Positions 9,362 to 20,149 of a stretch of 64,000 nt of DNA are shown here, piece after piece. The stretch spans positions 192,001 to 256,000 of the forward strand of contig CAXXHA010000001.1 of assembly GCA_963662265.2 (NCBI GenBank), read 5' to 3'. Position numbers and translations under genes: made by a program. This DNA comes from Spirochaetia bacterium. Lineage in GTDB: Bacteria; Spirochaetota; Spirochaetia; CADAEX01. Under the pieces are notes generated by a model. The model was not told the DNA's origin. It did no database searches and saw only the letters and a list, made by a program, of their open reading frames with translations. How positions within the stretch are numbered: the stretch's first letter is position 1; each line of letters starts with the position of its first letter.

Positions 9362-10162
9362 TCATTCATATTTTATGCCCCATTTTTTGAATATCCTGTA
9401 AAATTTCCCATTATCTTTAATTATCATTATTCCCTTATCAAAATCATCAATATATCTTGATGATTTATTTGCAATATAGGAAACCAGGAACTCATACGAC
9501 GAATCAAAACGGGGCATTTTTTTAAACTCAGAGGTCAGCCTGTTCTCTTTCAGAATATAATCCCAGGTATTCTCATATCCTAAAAAACCGTCAACTCTTT
9601 TTGCCTTCAACATCAAAAATCCCTGTTCAATGGAATTAACATAATACTTGTTTACTGTATCAATTTTATTCCACTCATCGCCATAATTAAAGCCCCTGAT
9701 TGAGGCAATTGTTTTTCCTTTCAGGGATTCTAATCCCTCCCATTTAAAATTATCATCACTTCTCACGTACATGAGAAAATCTGAACTGATAATATGTTCT
9801 TTTGAGTAATAATATATTTTTTCTCTTTCAGAATTTTTGCCTGTGGGAAATAATACATCGCATAATCCTATTTCAAGCACATGCTTTGCCCTCTCCCATG
9901 GATAAATAGACAGATGAATTGTATAACCCATTGCATGGTAACTTTCCCTCACAATATCCCAGGTCAGTCCCTCAAACCCCTTAGCATCAGAACCGGCAGG
10001 TATTATCTGTGTGCTTTCAGCAGCCTCATCAGTCTTTATGCAGAAGGGGGGAAACCCTCCCAGAGTGACAAGTTTGACTACTTTCTCCTGGGTGAAAACA
10101 TCATGACTGAGAAGCAACAGAATAAGTAGAAGAAATATTCTCTTCATAATAATAACCTTCAT
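9362..10162 (-). CDS. Solo family-3 periplasmic substrate-binding protein
   Basis: Signal peptide; GFPPF, YPWERA, LKGKTIASIRGFNYG, MLKAKRVDG. Confidence 0.8.
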   Translation of the reverse strand: MKVIIMKRIFLLLILLLLSHDVFTQEKVVKLVTLGGFPPFCIKTDEAAESTQIIPAGSDAKGFEGLTWDIVRESYHAMGYTIHLSIYPWERAKHVLEIGLCDVLFPTGKNSEREKIYYYSKEHIISSDFLMYVRSDDNFKWEGLESLKGKTIASIRGFNYGDEWNKIDTVNKYYVNSIEQGFLMLKAKRVDGFLGYENTWDYILKENRLTSEFKKMPRFDSSYEFLVSYIANKSSRYIDDFDKGIMIIKDNGKFYRIFKKWGIKYE

Positions 10163-10383
10163 TGATAATTATAAATTTAAATACACTGCTTTATACTAAT
10201 TAGTATAATTGAGAAATTATCAATTTTGTATATTATAAGATTTTCAAGACACAAATTGTCATTTGAACTTATTTTTCAATAATTAATTTAAGCCGGTTTG
10301 ATCTGCCTGTAAGAGAGAACATCCACTGCAGTGCTTAACAATAGTATTGAAAATGCATTTATAAATACTATAATTATTATTAA

Positions 10384-11277
10384 ATGAACTGTAAAAATAT
10401 TTTATTAAAACCTCATATAAAAAATCTATTCTTCCTACTGCTACTTTTAAATATTTCAGTCAATAACATAATATCAGACACCCTTGTATACAGCAGAACC
10501 AGTGATACAGAACCATGGACCCCCTATATTAAAGAGCTCATTACAGAAGCCCTGAAGGCGCAGGAGCCTTTTCAGGATTACATTCTCAAACCGTCAAAAG
10601 AGATAATGGTACAGAAAAGAGCAATGGAAAGACTGAGAGCTGGAAATGAAATTAATATATTCTGGACAATGACATCACAGGAACGGGAACAAAATATTTT
10701 TGTTTTACGTATACCGCTTTTAAGGGGATGCCTCGGAAAACGGTTAATTGTAATCAGAAAAAATGATAAATGGAAATTCAATTCATTTAAGACACTTAAT
10801 GATTTTAAAAAAATATCTTTCGGACAGGGACATGACTGGCCTGATGCTGATATCCTTGAAAATGCAGGTCTGAAAGTAATAAGAAGTATTGCCTATATAC
10901 ATGAAAACCTGATGAAAATGCTTGATTCCGGCCGCTTTGACGCCCTGCCTCTCGGAATGATTGAAATATGGGAAGAAGTCGCAAAAAGGCCCCAGTTTGC
11001 CCTGATGGTTTCTCCCGATATAATTTTATCTTATAATGCACCTGTATTTATTTTTTTAAATCCGTCAGAAAAAGTGTTACAGGAAAAACTGGAAAAAGGA
11101 TTTGATAAAATCATAAAAAACGGAGTATTTGAAAAAATATTCAACAAGCATTATCAGGATATTATCCAGAAAGCGGATCTTCAGAATAAAATCATAATTA
11201 AAATTGAAAATCCCTATATGAGTGAAGAGTCGCGTAATGCAATGAATAATTACTCATCAATACTTATTATAAAGTAA
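10384..11277 (+). CDS. Solo periplasmic binding-fold protein (family 3-like)
   Basis: WTMTSQERE, RIPLLRGCLG, GQGHDWPDADIL, MLDSGRFDALP. Confidence 0.75.
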   Translation: MNCKNILLKPHIKNLFFLLLLLNISVNNIISDTLVYSRTSDTEPWTPYIKELITEALKAQEPFQDYILKPSKEIMVQKRAMERLRAGNEINIFWTMTSQEREQNIFVLRIPLLRGCLGKRLIVIRKNDKWKFNSFKTLNDFKKISFGQGHDWPDADILENAGLKVIRSIAYIHENLMKMLDSGRFDALPLGMIEIWEEVAKRPQFALMVSPDIILSYNAPVFIFLNPSEKVLQEKLEKGFDKIIKNGVFEKIFNKHYQDIIQKADLQNKIIIKIENPYMSEESRNAMNNYSSILIIK

Positions 11278-11448
11278 ACAAGTTAAAACTGAAAAAGACT
11301 GATATGCAGCCATATATATTCCTGCGGCAAAAACACTATCTATACAAACAATATTCAGCAATAAAATAATTTAATCTTCCTGAATAATGAGCTGTACATT
11401 AAATAGTTTATTACAAAATTACTTCTGAAACAAATTATCAGATTCTTT

Positions 11449-11853
11449 CTAAAAGGTTAATACAGAATTATGAGAAATGATTTTTTCGATTTTTAATTCG
11501 ATTTTATCTTCAGGAGCATAACACACTGTGATATTTTTTTCCTTTTCTCCTATGAGTGCAGTTCCAAGGGGTGATAAAATTGATATTCTTGATCCGTCCT
11601 GTGATGTTTGCGAGGGGAAAACAACTGTAACCATTTCGGTTTTACCGGTTTTTATATTTTTAAAAATTACAGTTGAATTAATCCGAACAACATCAGTCAG
11701 TGATTCACAGTCATCAACAACCTGGGCATTTCCAAGTTCTTCAGCAAGCTGCCTTAAATTTTTGGATTTCAGTCTGTTGGATTTTTTATATACGCTGATT
11801 ATATGAACCAGTTTTTTATAATCATCTTCGGTCAGTTTTATAATTTTACCCAT
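11449..11853 (-). CDS. GreA/GreB family factor, Rnk-like
   Basis: ISILSPLGTALIG with a shortened N-terminal coiled coil. Confidence 0.8.
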   Translation of the reverse strand: MGKIIKLTEDDYKKLVHIISVYKKSNRLKSKNLRQLAEELGNAQVVDDCESLTDVVRINSTVIFKNIKTGKTEMVTVVFPSQTSQDGSRISILSPLGTALIGEKEKNITVCYAPEDKIELKIEKIISHNSVLTF

Positions 11854-11946
11854 AATTACAGCTTTGCCTCCTCATGATGATACTGTAATATAGGCGTAAT
11901 AAAACTGCAGAACAACCGGAAAAAAACAGAAATATTTTCTACATGT

Positions 11947-12762
11947 TTAGTACATGTTCCTCAGATACATTATCAGATTTATATTTTTTCCGTTTATACC
12001 AAGCTTTTTCCGTATTGTATTTCTATGCCGTTCAACAGTCTGGGGAGCAATATTAAGCAGCATTGCTATTTCTTTTGTAGAAGTACCGTTTTTTATCAGT
12101 GTACAGATTTCAACTTCCCTCGGAGTTAGTCGTTCAAAGACACCCTTGAGATTACTTTTTAACGAACCTGACAGGGATTCCAGCTGGAGTTTAATCTGAT
12201 TAATAAGGCCAGTCTGTCTGGGAGAAAGAAAGGAATTTTCAAGTTCACATATCAGAGGAAAAATCTGTGTTTCTGCAATATTTTTTATCGAGTTTATATA
12301 TTCTTCCCTGTCCTGATCAATCTGAAAAAGGATTTCTTTAAGAGCTGAATTCTTGGTTTTAAGCTCTTCTGTTTTTTCTTCAAGCTTTTTATAATAGTTT
12401 TCCTTCAGCAGCGCATTTGATAAAAGTGAAGCGGCAGAGATAACCAGCTTTTTCTCCCGTTCAACAAATTCTGAAGGAGGATCATACCATATACATATTT
12501 TAATAGTCTCATAATTATCTATAACGGATTCCGCGCAGAAAGCACCGGAACAAGGGTTTTCCCTGCCATAGAGACATTCACCATTTCCGGACAATATACT
12601 TACATTTGATATTTCCGGATAAGTCATGGCCCTTGCAAGAGAATCAGCAAATTCTGCAAGCAGTTTTCTGTCATCTGGCCTTCCACTTACAAGCAATGCT
12701 GCTATTTCATAGAGACAATCAAGTTCCTTTTTCCTTTCTATCAAGTCATCATAGATGTTCAT
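11947..12762 (-). CDS. LuxR-type HTH transcriptional regulator with N-terminal GAF-like region
   Basis: LTPREVEICTLIKNGTSTKEIAMLLNIAPQTVERHRNTIRKKL; N-terminal ERKKELDCLYEI. Confidence 0.85.
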   Translation of the reverse strand: MNIYDDLIERKKELDCLYEIAALLVSGRPDDRKLLAEFADSLARAMTYPEISNVSILSGNGECLYGRENPCSGAFCAESVIDNYETIKICIWYDPPSEFVEREKKLVISAASLLSNALLKENYYKKLEEKTEELKTKNSALKEILFQIDQDREEYINSIKNIAETQIFPLICELENSFLSPRQTGLINQIKLQLESLSGSLKSNLKGVFERLTPREVEICTLIKNGTSTKEIAMLLNIAPQTVERHRNTIRKKLGINGKNINLIMYLRNMY

Positions 12763-13079
12763 ATGATCATAGTATTACAGATTTTTGCAAATAAATCATC
12801 CTCATATAAGAGGTGTATTATCAGATATAACTTCTGTTTTTTAACTTTTTATACCAAAACAGGGCGGAAATTACATATTGACTTTCCCCATGCAATGTAC
12901 TATATATATAATATAAGGTATATATGATTTTTATAAGTATAATACTTATTAAAAGATATAACTAAATTTTATTGTAAATATGTAGGGATTTATCAGGCAA
13001 ATGCATGAGTAAATCCTGTATGTAATTGTTCATTGATTACAAAATCGTTACAAAATTTATTTTACAAGGAGATTAATCG

Positions 13080-13319
13080 ATGAAGAAAAACACAATTATA
13101 TCTATTTACACTATAGCAACAAGAATTGCTTTACCATCAATAATCCTGCTGCTCGTATCATTCTATTTCATGGCAATAAACGAATATAAACCAGTATTTG
13201 CTCAGCTTATATTGATTGTCAGTATAATTGAAGCTGTTTTAATATTCATCCTGGAAAAATTACGCAGCTCATTTATAAAGGAAATAAAAATAGCAGAATG
13301 GGTTGAATTAAACTACTGA
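13080..13319 (+). CDS. Small two-TM hypothetical protein
   Basis: AAGGAG RBS; two hydrophobic segments; followed by a terminator. Confidence 0.6.
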   Translation: MKKNTIISIYTIATRIALPSIILLLVSFYFMAINEYKPVFAQLILIVSIIEAVLIFILEKLRSSFIKEIKIAEWVELNY

Positions 13320-13335
13320 TTCTATCCGGTAAAAC

Positions 13336-13382
13336 TAAGAGTATGAACATTATAAATATGATCTATAATGTTCATACTCTTA
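13336..13382. terminator. 19-bp perfect inverted repeat between convergent genes
   Basis: TAAGAGTATGAACATTATA-N9-TATAATGTTCATACTCTTA. Confidence 0.6.
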
Positions 13383-13497
13383 AAAAACAGTTTTTATATT
13401 GTTTAATGTATTTAAAGCTGAAACTCTAAAAAAGAGACGAAAGAGTGGAGGCGGTAAATAAACTGAAATATATGGATCTTAATCTATAACATGTTTT

Positions 13498-14307
13498 TTA
13501 CCTTTTCAAATAAAAATCAATAATATCATCAATTTTATCCCTGTTCCTGTTAAGAGAATTCTGAAACTCTTTTATTATTTCATCAGGTATATTTTTATTA
13601 AATCCAAAATAAGCTTCAGTTTCTTTTAATACATAAACCATTTCAAAATCATCAGCACTGTAACCGGCATTTACTGCATCTTCATAAAATGATATTTCAA
13701 ACGAACCTGCAAGATCAATTCTCCCCGCTTTCAGTTTTCTTAAATTATGGATATTTTTACTTGAACTTTCCTTTCTTCCTTTAAAGCCTTTTTGAATTAT
13801 AATTTCTTCAACAATATCCTTATTGATTGTTCCGATTATGTAGGAATTTAAATCATCAAAATTTTTAATCACAATGGAACGGCTTTTCAGTGCAAATACA
13901 CCAAACCTCAGCTTTGCAAACGGGCCGACCCATTTACAAATATTCTCTCTTTCCGATGTCCTTACAATTCCAATTAATACTGATTTTTCATCATTTTCAA
14001 GATTGTTTAAAGCACGTGCCCATGGATAGATCTTTATCTGCTGGTCAGGAATTCCAAGATCTTCCCAGATCAATCTTAATATATCTACAGATATTCCCTT
14101 TGTTAAACCTTTTTCTTCAAAAATGAATGGCTTATTGTCATTACCCATATAGTTTAAATCATTCAGCAATTCCTCTGAGTTACTGAATAGAACTGGATAT
14201 AAAAAAAAGATCAGAAAAAGAAACATATAAAAATAGCAGCAGTGCCGATTTTTCAACTTATTTCTCCAATTCAAACTGTTTATAATAATTATTATACTAT
14301 TCAGCAC
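13498..14307 (-). CDS. Solo family-3 periplasmic substrate-binding protein
   Basis: GISVDIL, YPWARA, RTSERE, KWVGP, KLKAGRIDL. True start is probably downstream of 14307. Confidence 0.8.
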   Translation of the reverse strand: MLNSIIIIINSLNWRNKLKNRHCCYFYMFLFLIFFLYPVLFSNSEELLNDLNYMGNDNKPFIFEEKGLTKGISVDILRLIWEDLGIPDQQIKIYPWARALNNLENDEKSVLIGIVRTSERENICKWVGPFAKLRFGVFALKSRSIVIKNFDDLNSYIIGTINKDIVEEIIIQKGFKGRKESSSKNIHNLRKLKAGRIDLAGSFEISFYEDAVNAGYSADDFEMVYVLKETEAYFGFNKNIPDEIIKEFQNSLNRNRDKIDDIIDFYLKR

Positions 14308-14440
14308 AATAAAAACAAACAGCAGATGCTTTTTTTATGATGGACAAGTTAAACAGACAAAAAAAGAATAATTTTCATTTGTCTGAAATCAGGCAATAGA
14401 TTATTTCCGCATAAACTGACATAATACAGGCAATAAAATA

Positions 14441-14516
14441 CAATTAACATATATGTCCGGGGAAACGGCCTGGATGTTTCTACCCTGCACCAGATTCTGC
14501 AGGACTATGATAATTG
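14441..14516 (+). ncRNA. Purine riboswitch aptamer, guanine/hypoxanthine type (C74)
   Basis: P1 CAATTA-A-CATA/TATG-A-TAATTG; P2 GTCCGGG-GAAACGG-CCTGGAT; J2/3 GTTTCTAC; P3 CCTGCA-CCAGATTC-TGCAGG; J3/1 A-C (C at 14505). Lies upstream of a purine permease. Confidence 0.9.
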
Positions 14517-14625
14517 AACCTGATCAATCTCATTATCAGTTTCTATAATTCAAGATTCCATACACCAAAGAACCCGGAACTATAAGTTCATTGTATTTTT
14601 AATTTTTTTACACCAAGGAGTTTCT

Positions 14626-15915
14626 GTGTTAGAAAGAATCTTTAAGTTATCAGAAAGAAACACTGATATAAAAACAGAAGTAGTTGCAGGGATAACTACT
14701 TTCATGACAATGGCCTATATTTTAATTCTCCAGCCTCTTTTCATGTCCAAGGCAGGTATGGATTTCGGCGCGGTTACAGTTGTAACAATTCTGCTTACTT
14801 CTGTATTTACATTATTCATGGCTTTTTATACAAACCTGCCGTTTGCACTTGCACCTGCAATGGGAAGTAATGCGTTCCTCGCCTTTACACTTGTACTCGG
14901 CGGCATTGTCTCCTGGCAGACTGCTATAGGAATGGTATTTATTTCAGGAACAGCATTCCTGCTTCTTACGGTTCTCGGATTGAGAGAAGTTATTGTAAAG
15001 ATGATTCCCAAAAGCCTTAAGCTTGCAATAGGAGCACTTGTAGGTTTCTTTATTGTTCTCCTTGGTTTCAAGAGTGCAGGCTTCATGTCTTTCACAGACA
15101 GGGGTTTTTCTATAGGTGATCTGGGAACACCGAATGCAGTTCTTGCCCTTATTGGTATTGCTATCGTAGTTGTTCTCATGGCAAACAGGATTAAAGGCGC
15201 ACTGCTCATAAGCATCATAATAACAACAATTGTGGGTATACCTATGGGGATTACAAAAGTACCTGAAAGTTTTGTTACCCTCCCCCCTTCCATAGCTCCG
15301 ATAGCTTTTAAACTTGATATTGCCGGCGCACTGAAATGGTCTCTATTCCCCTTCATTTTTACTTTTTTTGTCGGTGATTTCTTTTCCACACTGGGAACAC
15401 TTCTCGGAGTTTCTGCAAAGGCCAGGCTTCTTGATGAAAAAGGAAATCTCCCGAATATAAATAAACCGTTTTTAGTTGATGCTGTAGCAACTGTTGTAGG
15501 GGCGCTTATGGGATCATCAGTTATAACAACTTATATTGAATCTGCTGCCGGCGTAGAGGAAGGGGGAAGAACAGGCCTTACAGGTGTTGTAACTGCAACC
15601 TGCTTTCTCCTGACACTGTTCCTGACTCCGGTCGCTGCAATGATTCCAGGTGTTGCAACTGCTCCTGCACTGATTATTATCGGCCTTTTCATGATGTCAG
15701 GCCTAAAAGATATCAACTTTGCTGATTTTTCAGAATCATTTCCTCCGTTTGCTGCTATACTATTCACAACATATACTGCAAGCATATCAAACGGTATCAG
15801 TGTTGGTATACTCTCATATGCATTTATAAAACTTGTTACAGGTAAATTCAGGGAAGTCCACTGGGGGCTTTACCTCCTGTGTGTTCCGCTTGTTTACTAT
15901 TTTATAATTCTGTAA
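14626..15915 (+). CDS. NCS2 family purine permease (AzgA/PbuG-like)
   Basis: EVVAGITTFMTMAYI, LAPAMGSNAF, TTYIESAAGVEEGGRTGLT. Confidence 0.93.
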   Translation: MLERIFKLSERNTDIKTEVVAGITTFMTMAYILILQPLFMSKAGMDFGAVTVVTILLTSVFTLFMAFYTNLPFALAPAMGSNAFLAFTLVLGGIVSWQTAIGMVFISGTAFLLLTVLGLREVIVKMIPKSLKLAIGALVGFFIVLLGFKSAGFMSFTDRGFSIGDLGTPNAVLALIGIAIVVVLMANRIKGALLISIIITTIVGIPMGITKVPESFVTLPPSIAPIAFKLDIAGALKWSLFPFIFTFFVGDFFSTLGTLLGVSAKARLLDEKGNLPNINKPFLVDAVATVVGALMGSSVITTYIESAAGVEEGGRTGLTGVVTATCFLLTLFLTPVAAMIPGVATAPALIIIGLFMMSGLKDINFADFSESFPPFAAILFTTYTASISNGISVGILSYAFIKLVTGKFREVHWGLYLLCVPLVYYFIIL

Positions 15916-15936
15916 TATTTCAGCTTCAAACTTCAT

Positions 15937-16000
15937 AAGCTGCCCTACGCCGGATAAATTTCATATTCTTCTTAGCATCAGGCTGTACGGCAGCTTTTTT
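15937..16000 (+). terminator. Intercistronic stem-loop with T-tract
   Basis: AAGCTGCC...GGCAGCTT followed by TTTT. Confidence 0.45.
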
Positions 16001-16054
16001 CACAGAAAAATAAAAACGATTTATAAAATTAAAAATCAGTTACAGGAGATAACT

Positions 16055-17842
16055 ATGAAAATACTACCAGCTAACAAGGAAAAACTCATTGATGCTGCAA
16101 TCGGAAAAATACCATGCGATTTAGTTATAACCAATGCAAAAATTGTAAATGTCATAACAGGGGAAATATACAGCGGAAGCATAGGGATATATGACAAACA
16201 TATTGCTCATATACATTGCGATCCTGATAACCTGAAAAGAGAAGAAAAGAAACTGGAAGCAGGGAAATATTATGATGCAGGGGGGGAATACATTATTCCG
16301 GGATTGATAGATGCCCATGTGCATATAGAAAGTTCCATGCTGACTCCCCGCCATTTTGCCGAGGCAGTTATTCCCCACGGGACAACAACTGTAGTGACCG
16401 ATCCTCATGAAATTGCCAATGTCTGCGGAATTAACGGAGTCAGGTATATGCATGAAAGCAGCAAAGACCTTCCAATGCGGCAGTTTATCCTTGCCCCTTC
16501 ATGTGTACCTGCAGTGCCCGGAAGGAAAATGCGGGAGCTGAATTCTTTGCTGATGACATGAAGGAAATGCTTGAAATGGAGCGGGGTCACAGGACTTGCA
16601 GAAGTAATGGATTTTCAGGGTGTGATAAACAATGACAGGCGAATGGTTGATATTCTCAGGGTTTTCGAGGACAGGGATCTTTTCATGCAGGGACACCTCC
16701 CGCATGTAAGCGGAAGAGATCTTTCAGCTTATGCTGCCGCAGGTCCTAACAGCGATCATGAAAGCAGGACAGGCCAGGAAGCAAGAGATAAAATGCGGGC
16801 AGGAATATTTGTCGATGCAAGGGAAAGTTCCATAAGTAAAAATGTCTCCGATATAGTCAATAATATAAAGGATTTCAGGTATCTGGATTTCCTGACCCTG
16901 TGTACAGATGACAGGGAACCTGAGGATATACTTAAGAAAGGGCATATGAATGATGTTGTCAGGACAGCAATAGAAGCAGGCCTTAATCCTGTTGATGCAA
17001 TCAGGAGCGCTACTCTGAACACAGCAAGGGAACTGGGAATAAAGAATATGGGAGCTATTGCCCCCGGCTTTATTGCAGATCTTGTTCAGTGTAAATCGCT
17101 GGAAGACCTGAAACCTTCAGCAGTTTTTTTTTGAAGGGAAACTTGTTGCTGAAAACAACATGTTAGTAGAAAGGATTGAAGAAAAGAAATATGAAATTGA
17201 AGATAGCAATACTATCTTTGTCGAAAAACTGAAGAAGGAAGATTTCAGGATAAAGGCACCGGTGAAAACGGGGAGATTGAGACAACAATAATTTCATATA
17301 TTGACCATGTAGTTTCTGTTACTAATTTTGAAACTGTAAAACTTCCAGTCATAAACGGATACCTTGATATATCACAGCACAGGGACCTTAATTATGCGAT
17401 TGTAATCAACAGGCATAAAAACCATGAAACAAAAGCCCTGGCAATTGTCAGGAATTTCGGAACATCCCGAGGAGCGGTGGGAAGTACTGTTTCCCATGAC
17501 AGCCACAATATGACAATTGTCTATGATAATCCTGAAAATGCATATCTTGTTTATCAGGATCTTGTTGAAATGAAGGGGGGCATGAGCTGTGCCGTGGATA
17601 AAAAAACAGAGGCAAATCTCCAGCTTTCTGTGGCAGGACTGCTCTCAACAAAACCATGCAGAGAACTGGCCAAAGAAGCAGGCCTTATGAAAAAGGCATT
17701 GAGGGAGCTTGGACTTACAGAAATTTCAAACCCCCTTCTGAGGATTGTTACACTTGCACTCCCAGTAATTCCATCTGCAAAAATGTCAGACCTCGGGATG
17801 GTAGATGTACTGAAACAGGAAATAATTCCGTTGTTTAAATAA
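16055..17842 (+). CDS. ade: Adenine deaminase, split by four homopolymer frameshifts
   Basis: PGLIDAHVHIESSMLTP, DPHEIANV, GLAEVMDF, SDHE, LCTDD, STVSHDSHN. Indels near 16522, 16583, 17128 and 17267. Confidence 0.9.
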
Positions 17843-17944
17843 TTAAAAATAATCAGACCTGCAATAAAGATACAGAATATATATCCCAAAATAAACAGGA
17901 GGGATCACAGTTTTTCCTGCAATCTCTCCTGTTTATCTCATCTG

Positions 17945-20086
17945 TTAATTGTTATTTGATATGTCTGCAACTGTTTTATTCATACTCTTTTTTGTATATT
18001 TTATAAAATCCGGAAGTGATAATGGAGGTGAATACAGGTACCCCTGATATTTTGAACATCCTATATTCTTCAGTATATTTTTCTGCTCTTCGTTTTCCAC
18101 ATATTCAGCAATTACATCAAAATCAAGAGATTTCCCGAGATCAACAATTGATTTAATAATATCAAGGCTTCTTTCATTCGTCATAAGCTTTCTGACAAGA
18201 GATCCGTCAAGCTTCACATAATCGAATTTATTACTCTGAAGATACACAAGCGATGTGTGCCCGGTACTGAAGTCATCAATTGCCAGTTTTATTTTATTGT
18301 CACGCAGGATGGCAAAAGCTTCTGAAAGATGCCCCTGGTCCTTCAGCTCACATTCTTCTGTCAGTTCTATCCCGAAAGTATTATCAATAATATTTCTTTC
18401 CTTTACTTTTCCTATAATTCTTTTTATAAGATCAAGATTGTTTAACTGTGCGGAATCTATATTTATTGAAATACTGATTCTTTTCCCGAATTCACTGTTT
18501 ATTAAACTTGTATCATTTATAGCTTTTTCAATAATGCAATCTGTAAGACTAGAAAAGCTTTCATCCTCTTTTGCAATCTCAAGAACAAGGGGAGGAAAAA
18601 TATATTCCAGATTCAGATATTTCCAGCGGAGAAGTGCTTCTGCTGCCACAATCTGTCCGGAATTATCATGCTGCGGCTGGTAGAATAATTCAATTTCCTT
18701 TTTCTCAATTGATTTTCGCAGTTCAAAGGCAAGCTCTTTGGCTGCTTTTGACAGGTAATCATTCCGGCTGAACAACGCAGGACTGCACCCCTTGTCAAGA
18801 GTTATTTTAACATGATCCGACATCTCTTTAACAAGATGGGCTGTTTTAATACCATGTAACCTGTTACCGAGAATTATGAAGGGAGCATAAATAAAGATCC
18901 CGACAGTAATTATAAAAACCTGAAGAAGAAGTCCCCGTATTGAACCGGTAGCAATAAATCCGCTGAAAAATACAGGTGTAGTCCAGGCTACGCTTCGAAC
19001 AACAGCTGGAACAAGACCGCTGATAACAGCAACATATGAAACAGAAAAAGAAACAAGAGGAGTAAGTATAAACGGGATAAACATAAGCGGATTAAGGACA
19101 ATTGGAAGTCCGAAAACCAGTATCTCATTAATATTGAAAAGGACAGGGATAAGAGCACATTTCCCCAGAGATTTCTGTACCTTGAGTTTCGAGAATAAAA
19201 AAATAGATATTATTAAACATATGGATGTACCGCATCCGCCCATCAGAACAAACACATCAAAAAAAGTCTTGATAATAACTTCGCCATGAATATCATTAAA
19301 TACTGTGAGATTAACTGTTTCAAAAGCATTGCTTCCATGGATTCCGAAAAACCATAAAAGAGATTGCATAAACAGGATCAGAAGACCGCTCCAGACAGAT
19401 CTTCCCAGTTTTTCAAACGGAGCTACAAAAAGCTTTGCTATAATTTCATTTAAACCAGCAACATCAAAAACAGCTTTTATCAACAGCGAGGTAACGGCAA
19501 ATATGGAAATTGTCAGCATCATTGGAAGAAGTGTTCTCAAAGCTGTTCTGTAGTCAATATCAATACTGAACTCAGTAAAATCAAAAAAAGCAGAAGTCTT
19601 TCTGAACAGGAACAGGAATAACCTGGCCGACAGAACAGAGCAGACAAGGGCACTGAAAATACTCTGAACATTCAAACCTGTTAACAGTATTACCTGCTGA
19701 CTGGCATTATTATTCATAATCTCAGGTTTAATACCAAGGATTGAAATATATGATGCTATGGCAACAATACAGGACAGGATATTCAGTATCCCTGTTTGCT
19801 GAATAATATTTGATGAATATTTATATGTAACAGTAATCAGCAGGAATACCGAGGCAAGACCGAATGTTGATTCATATAAAAGGTTCAGAAACATTGACAG
19901 TCTTCCATTCCAGAAAGTATTTATAAAATCCTGGAAAGATGGAACAGGAAAGTTTAATATCATGAGAGCTATTGCACCGGTCATGAAAACCGGCATCATC
20001 ATAATGAATCCCTGCCTTATACTTACAAGGACAGTGCTTTGCTCAAGCTTGAGAAAACAATTATAGATAATGTTATTATTTTTCAT
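17945..20086 (-). CDS. PTS EIIC (cellobiose/lactose-type) fused to an EAL phosphodiesterase
   Basis: LWFFGIHG, FNINEILVFGLPIVLNP (EIIC); AEALLRW, DDFSTGHTSL, KLD, IAEYVE, QGY (EAL). Confidence 0.9.
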   Translation of the reverse strand: MKNNNIIYNCFLKLEQSTVLVSIRQGFIMMMPVFMTGAIALMILNFPVPSFQDFINTFWNGRLSMFLNLLYESTFGLASVFLLITVTYKYSSNIIQQTGILNILSCIVAIASYISILGIKPEIMNNNASQQVILLTGLNVQSIFSALVCSVLSARLFLFLFRKTSAFFDFTEFSIDIDYRTALRTLLPMMLTISIFAVTSLLIKAVFDVAGLNEIIAKLFVAPFEKLGRSVWSGLLILFMQSLLWFFGIHGSNAFETVNLTVFNDIHGEVIIKTFFDVFVLMGGCGTSICLIISIFLFSKLKVQKSLGKCALIPVLFNINEILVFGLPIVLNPLMFIPFILTPLVSFSVSYVAVISGLVPAVVRSVAWTTPVFFSGFIATGSIRGLLLQVFIITVGIFIYAPFIILGNRLHGIKTAHLVKEMSDHVKITLDKGCSPALFSRNDYLSKAAKELAFELRKSIEKKEIELFYQPQHDNSGQIVAAEALLRWKYLNLEYIFPPLVLEIAKEDESFSSLTDCIIEKAINDTSLINSEFGKRISISINIDSAQLNNLDLIKRIIGKVKERNIIDNTFGIELTEECELKDQGHLSEAFAILRDNKIKLAIDDFSTGHTSLVYLQSNKFDYVKLDGSLVRKLMTNERSLDIIKSIVDLGKSLDFDVIAEYVENEEQKNILKNIGCSKYQGYLYSPPLSLPDFIKYTKKSMNKTVADISNNN

Positions 20087-20149
20087 AAAAAGCTCCCGTT
20101 GTAATACTGAATAAATATTAAAAGCTGGTTCAAGATAAAATATATAAAA

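Noticed and set aside
12980-13060. c-di-GMP-I riboswitch suggested by GGCAAA in a hairpin
   Set aside because: Lacks the GNRA tetraloop, receptor and second-stem consensus.
16055-17842. Programmed frameshifting or phase variation of ade
   Set aside because: Four independent indels would all need correcting, and the same error pattern occurs across the window.
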